This document shows positions 31,380-35,208 of a stretch of DNA of 35,208 nt, piece by piece. The first letter of the stretch is position 1. Each line of letters starts with the position of its first letter. Location: positions 1 to 35,208 of IMG/VR virus record IMGVR_UViG_3300044712_001045; one strand, given 5' to 3'. The position numbers were made by a program, and so were the translations under genes. This DNA comes from a virus. A model generated the notes under the pieces. It had not been told where the DNA came from. It did no database searches and saw nothing but the letters and a program-made list of their open reading frames with translations.

Positions 31380-31952
31380 TCATCTCCTTGGGTAGACGAC
31401 GCCCGTCGGGTGGGCGTTCGCCTTGAACTCGTCGGCGCACAAGCGCCGGTTGAAACCGTTTCCGTCCGGGAACCTCTGGGGCCAGGAGTCCCAGTAGAGC
31501 ACCTCCTCCGTCCCCTCGTCCCACGCCACCGCGGCGATGTAGTGCCCGGGCTCGTGGAGCAGGAGCTGCACCGCTCCGCCCTCCTTGAGGTAGGCTGCTA
31601 GGAGGTCGAGGTTGAGGTCGGCAACCCGCACCGTAACACCGAACACCGAGTAGACCGCCGGGGCGTAGAGGCTCATAACCCGGTTGGGCATGTCGTAGGG
31701 TCCGGTGAAGTGGTCGTTGCGGTAGTCGAAGAACCAGTCGAGAAGCACCTCCTCGGGCTGGGGCTCCCACACCCCGGGGGTGGAGATCCGCACGTCGTGC
31801 CCGAGGGCTGAGAGGCAGTTGACCGCCGCCGTGGGACCGCAGCTCTCCAGCCAGTTGGCCTCCCGGCGCTTGCGGAGGATCTGCTCCGTCGGGTTGTTGG
31901 TCTGGATGGAGTACCTGGTGCGGTCGTCGTAGTGGGCGGCGCCTAGGATCAC
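31380..31952 (-). CDS. Papain-fold (C39-like) cysteine peptidase, 190 aa, putative endolysin
   Basis: Candidate catalytic Cys in ESCGPTAAVNCL and His in EPGHYIAAVAWD. Flanked by small membrane proteins. GTG 31952 overlaps the upstream TGA. Confidence 0.5.
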   Translation of the reverse strand: MILGAAHYDDRTRYSIQTNNPTEQILRKRREANWLESCGPTAAVNCLSALGHDVRISTPGVWEPQPEEVLLDWFFDYRNDHFTGPYDMPNRVMSLYAPAVYSVFGVTVRVADLNLDLLAAYLKEGGAVQLLLHEPGHYIAAVAWDEGTEEVLYWDSWPQRFPDGNGFNRRLCADEFKANAHPTGVVYPRR

Positions 31953-32209
31953 GCAGTCATCCCCAGAGCCTTCATCACGATGGCCGTGAGGGCCGCCGAG
32001 GCGACGGCGGTGAACAGGGGCAACCAGATCAGGGCCTTGCGCTCCTCCACGGGGCAGACCTTGGGGTGCACCTGCATCCAGGCGTCCACCCACTCCTCCA
32101 CCTTGGCGAGTGAGTGGCTCATGCCGTTCTCGAGCTTCCCCTCCATCCTTGCCAGCCGCTGTCCTTGCTCTGACAGTTGCGAGATCACCTGCTGCTCGAA
32201 CTCGTTCAT
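31949..32209 (-). CDS. Protein with a C-terminal TM segment, 86 aa (holin-like or fibre accessory)
   Basis: ATG 32209 is preceded by GAGGGG; the track start GTG 32215 is less likely. TM segment LIWLPLFTAVASAALTAIVM. Confidence 0.45.
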   Translation of the reverse strand: MNEFEQQVISQLSEQGQRLARMEGKLENGMSHSLAKVEEWVDAWMQVHPKVCPVEERKALIWLPLFTAVASAALTAIVMKALGMTA

Positions 32210-32218
32210 GACCACCCC

Positions 32219-32848
32219 TCAGACCGTTTTGATCACCACGTCGGTGTAGATGCTGTCGTAGCCGGAGACCGTTGTCTGGTTGCCTAGACCGTCGGTGTTG
32301 CGCGTGGTCTGACAGCGATGGCGAATCTCCAGAGCGCTGGTCACCGTCAGTGTGATGCGACCGCGCCCGAGACTGCGCGTGACCACGGGGACGGCGCTGT
32401 TGACGAACTCGGTTGTCCCGTCCAAGAGCTTGGCTGCGCCGGTCGTGTCGTAGAGGTGGCTGAAGTGCGCGTTGCAAATTTTCGCTGGGGCGCTCCACTC
32501 GACATCGTATGTGCCGGCCGGCAACACGATCTGGTTGCTCGCCAGCGATGCGCCCGAGATCGTGTTCGTCACCACGGTGTTGAGCACGCGAGTGCGGTCA
32601 GCTCCTGAGGTGAACGTCCCGCCGTCGACGTTGTAGGCCTGCACCTCGCGGACGTGAAGGATGAGCCCCGTGGCGGCAACCTGGGCGCTCAGGGTGGTGA
32701 CCTGGGTGCCAACCGTGGTCACCTGGGAGCTGACGGTGTTGGTCTCACCCACCACCCGGTTGATTTTATCGAGCAGGTCGAGGCTGGCCTTCTTCATGTC
32801 GAGGGCCTCGGCCTTGGCCGGCAGGATGGTCGAGGGAAACTTGGTCAC
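32219..32848 (-). CDS. Tail fibre / receptor-binding protein, 209 aa
   Basis: N-terminal coiled-coil-like repeats (VSSQVTTVGTQVTTLSAQVAA) followed by a beta-rich C-terminal domain (IVLPAGTYDVEWSAP). Located just before the lysis genes. Confidence 0.55.
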   Translation of the reverse strand: MTKFPSTILPAKAEALDMKKASLDLLDKINRVVGETNTVSSQVTTVGTQVTTLSAQVAATGLILHVREVQAYNVDGGTFTSGADRTRVLNTVVTNTISGASLASNQIVLPAGTYDVEWSAPAKICNAHFSHLYDTTGAAKLLDGTTEFVNSAVPVVTRSLGRGRITLTVTSALEIRHRCQTTRNTDGLGNQTTVSGYDSIYTDVVIKTV

Positions 32849-33102
32849 CCCTTCGCCTCCGGGGCTCCCCAGGTACCAGACACGTCGAGGCTCTGGGCCA
32901 CCCCGCCCGCAGCCGGGGGCTTCGGGGGCGTCGGCGGCATCCCCGGGTTGAAGATCCGCTGCGCCTCGGCTGCGATGAAGGGGTCGCCCACGGTCTTCCC
33001 CCGCGGCTTCGGCGGCTCAGGGGGCGGCGGGGGCGCCACGGGCTCGGGGGCCACGGGGGCGGTGCCGAAGGTGTTCTTGAGGATCTCGCCGAAAGGCTTC
33101 AT
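32845..33102 (-). CDS. Proline-rich hypothetical protein, 85 aa
   Basis: ATGA and GTGA overlaps with both neighbours. Confidence 0.45.
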   Translation of the reverse strand: MKPFGEILKNTFGTAPVAPEPVAPPPPPEPPKPRGKTVGDPFIAAEAQRIFNPGMPPTPPKPPAAGGVAQSLDVSGTWGAPEAKG

Positions 33103-35208
33103 GCCACACCCGCCTGGTCCATCAGGTTGAAGGCGACGCCGTAGTCCGCGAGGATCTTGCGGACCTGTTTCTGCTTCTGCGCCGTCGAGAGCTTCTTGTC
33201 GCCCATGATCTTGTTGAGCAGCGAGTAGGCCGTCTCGGCGGCTCCCTGCACCTTCGGGGCCCTGCCCTTCAGCAGCTCCTGCAGGCGCTGGTAGGCGACC
33301 GCCGCCGAGGCTTCGTCCGCGGTGCCGGTCTTGGTCTGCCCGATGAGGTTCCGCTCCCGGCGCTCGGCCAGGGGCACGGCCTCGGAGAGGGTCTTGTGGA
33401 CCTCGAGGGCGTCGAGGAACTTCTTCCGCTCCTCAGGGTCGGCGAACATGATCTGCGCCGTCTTGGAGGGCTCGAACCCGCCCGTCTTCTCGCGGGCGTA
33501 GTTGATGAACTCGTCAAACCGCCCTGGGTAGTACTGCTCCATGCCCGCCCGAACCCAACGCTCGTGCAGGCGCTCGGCGACCTGGTTGCGGTAGGACTTG
33601 GTGTCTCCGCTGCTGATGGCCTCCCCCGCCGCGGCCCCGGTCTCGGCGGCCTTCTGCTCGCCGGGGGTCTGGGGGGCGACCTTCTCTACTGCATCCTGGC
33701 GGATGGCGCCCGCGGCCACCTTCGCACCACCGATGCCCGCGGCCCGGCTCAGGTTGCTGACGCCCGGGGCTAGCTTGGCGATCTCGGGGGCCACCCTGTC
33801 GAGCTTGCCAAGGCCCCTGGTCGCCAGCCGGCCGATGCCCTTCGACGCGACCGCTCCGCCAAGGGCTCCGAGTCCCGCCTTGGCTGCGATCTCTGCGGGG
33901 CTGCCGCCTTCAGAGATGCCCTGGAGCGCACCGGCGGTGCCGAGAGACCCGGAGACGGCAGCAGGCCCTCCGATGTTGCTCAGGAGCTTTGTGACGCCGA
34001 GCTTCTCCGCGGTCGGGCTGTTCATCGCCACGGCCTGCGGGGCCACGGCCTCGCGGATGGCGCCCTTGGCCGCCGGCTGCAGCAGGCCGTACTCATGCTT
34101 GAACTGCTTGAAAGGCATCCCGAGGTCAACGCCGGCCTTCTCTGCCGTGTCGGCCACAACGTCGTCGAGGCGGTTGCGGAGGGTACCGGCGATGTCGCGC
34201 AGGATGGCCCCGGCGTCCTCGTCGGTGGCCTTGAAGCTGGAGTCGATGGCCCGCTGCAGGAGGTCGCGGGTGTTGGCGAGGCCCTGGATCTGACCCGCCT
34301 TCTTCATCATCCCGTTGATGACCTCGGTCGTCTTCTCTGCCCCGTACTTCTTGGTGAGCTCGGCGAGCTCGTCGCCGGTCATCATCCCCTCGAGGAGCTT
34401 GCTCGCCTGGGTGTCGGGGGCCGCAGCCTCGAACGCCTTGTCTATCTCCTTCCACTTCGCCCTCTGCCACTTGGCAACCTCCTCGAGGCTGCCCTCCTGG
34501 TCGAGGTTGTACTTCCGCGTGATACCGGAAAGCTCGCGCACGAGGTCGTCAGCCTCCTCGGCCTGCTTCATGGCGCCCGAACCGGCCCCTGCCTGTTTCC
34601 TGAGGGCGGCCATCGTGTCGCGGGACTTCATGTCGGCAGTCGAGAGGACCGCCTTGGCGGTGCGCTTGGGCAGGCGCTCGAGGAGCCTTGAGAGCTTGTC
34701 GGCTGCCATGCTGCCGAGTCCCCCGCCTGCAGCCCCGAGGCCGACCCCGGCGAGGGTGTTCCCGATGACGCTCCCCTCCTGCTGTCCGGTTGCCGTGCGG
34801 ATTCCCGACTCAAGCCCGCCGATGCCGCCCCCGACGCCGGCCATGATGGCGGCCTTGCCGAAGTCCGCAGCCTTGCGGGTCACGGGGGCCGCGAGCTTAG
34901 CAATCTCGGGCAGGGCCTTGGCCGACAGGGCGGGCACTTTGCCTACGCCACCCATCGCCATGCTGCCGAGGGTGCCGGCCATCTCGCCGGCCTTCGCGAA
35001 CCCCTCGTGCTCGTCCTGCACGCCCTTCGCCAGCCGGCTGTAGGTGTTGGTGCCGGTGAGCTTGTCGATCAGCGGGGCGGCAAGGCCCATCGTCATGGTG
35101 TCCGCTGCTTTCGAGGTCGCTGCCGACAGCGGACGCCCCACGTTCTCCTCGATTGAGCGCAGCCAGTCAGGCAGCCCCTTGAGCCTCCGGTTGAGGTCGG
35201 GGTACTTC
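33099..35208 (-). CDS. Tape-measure-like / internal virion (ejection) protein; 723 aa in the circular molecule, with its 5' end at 189..1
   Basis: The frame is open to the window edge. Contains Gly-rich hydrophobic segments (GVGLGAAGGGLGSMAA, GLGALGGAVASKGIG) and helical charged regions. The track start 35141 is an internal GTG. Confidence 0.6.
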   Translation of the reverse strand, partial: KYPDLNRRLKGLPDWLRSIEENVGRPLSAATSKAADTMTMGLAAPLIDKLTGTNTYSRLAKGVQDEHEGFAKAGEMAGTLGSMAMGGVGKVPALSAKALPEIAKLAAPVTRKAADFGKAAIMAGVGGGIGGLESGIRTATGQQEGSVIGNTLAGVGLGAAGGGLGSMAADKLSRLLERLPKRTAKAVLSTADMKSRDTMAALRKQAGAGSGAMKQAEEADDLVRELSGITRKYNLDQEGSLEEVAKWQRAKWKEIDKAFEAAAPDTQASKLLEGMMTGDELAELTKKYGAEKTTEVINGMMKKAGQIQGLANTRDLLQRAIDSSFKATDEDAGAILRDIAGTLRNRLDDVVADTAEKAGVDLGMPFKQFKHEYGLLQPAAKGAIREAVAPQAVAMNSPTAEKLGVTKLLSNIGGPAAVSGSLGTAGALQGISEGGSPAEIAAKAGLGALGGAVASKGIGRLATRGLGKLDRVAPEIAKLAPGVSNLSRAAGIGGAKVAAGAIRQDAVEKVAPQTPGEQKAAETGAAAGEAISSGDTKSYRNQVAERLHERWVRAGMEQYYPGRFDEFINYAREKTGGFEPSKTAQIMFADPEERKKFLDALEVHKTLSEAVPLAERRERNLIGQTKTGTADEASAAVAYQRLQELLKGRAPKVQGAAETAYSLLNKIMGDKKLSTAQKQKQVRKILADYGVAFNLMDQAGVA
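35082..35208. repeat. Second copy of the 127-bp terminal overlap
   Basis: Identical to 1-127. Confidence 0.95.

Noticed and set aside
1-35208. Search for tRNA genes, CRISPR arrays, integrase/attP, partition genes, and tail tube, sheath or tape-measure chaperone frameshift signals
   Set aside because: None were found by eye. The few non-coding gaps (7004-7114, 11027-11097, 22292-22415, 28477-28593, 29213-29497) contain no cloverleaf-like or spacer-repeat structure. No ORF shows tyrosine or serine recombinase or ParA/ParB motifs.

Overview
The window is a complete, circularly closed dsDNA tailed-phage genome of about 35.08 kb. Bases 1-127 are identical to 35082-35208, so the contig overlaps itself. 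It is GC-rich, and every convincing gene is on the minus strand. The long plus-strand ORFs are antisense shadows.

Reading the minus strand:
- **Early promoter:** an AT-rich sigma70-like promoter lies at about 29.2 kb.
- **Early and middle operon (29212 down to about 19200):** RHH regulator, HNH nuclease, SSB-like protein with a DDIPF tail, NinB-like protein, second HNH, SNF2-helicase/DNA-methyltransferase fusion, HTH protein, DUF551-like protein, DUF4373-like replication protein, RusA-like resolvase. A regulatory cluster follows: sigma-like ORF, RHH, Zn-ribbon, lipoprotein, small basic protein.
- **Late module:** large terminase, portal, beta-helix protein, Gly-rich fibre, three paralogous virion proteins, scaffold, major capsid protein with terminator, adaptor-like protein, a 1196-aa nozzle-like protein with a 7-repeat propeller, an S74-chaperone protein, and ejection or tape-measure-like proteins (one gene wraps the contig junction).
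- **End of the late module:** tail fibre, lysis cassette, and a terminal metallophosphoesterase followed by a terminator at about 29.4 kb.

I found no tRNA, CRISPR array, integrase, tail tube or tail sheath, so the layout looks podovirus-like and probably virulent.

Most notable observations:
- A perfectly conserved 12-nt element, CTGCCGCCTATA, occurs at four late gene-block boundaries.
- The helicase/methyltransferase fusion has an SPPF motif and sits in a low-GC patch.
- A mosaic tandem duplication at the spike/fibre junction creates a chimeric pseudo-ORF.
- Promoter-to-start spacing suggests leaderless mRNAs.
- A possible SD-sequestering leader lies upstream of the SSB-like gene.

All functional calls rest on motifs and synteny read by eye. 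No searches were run.
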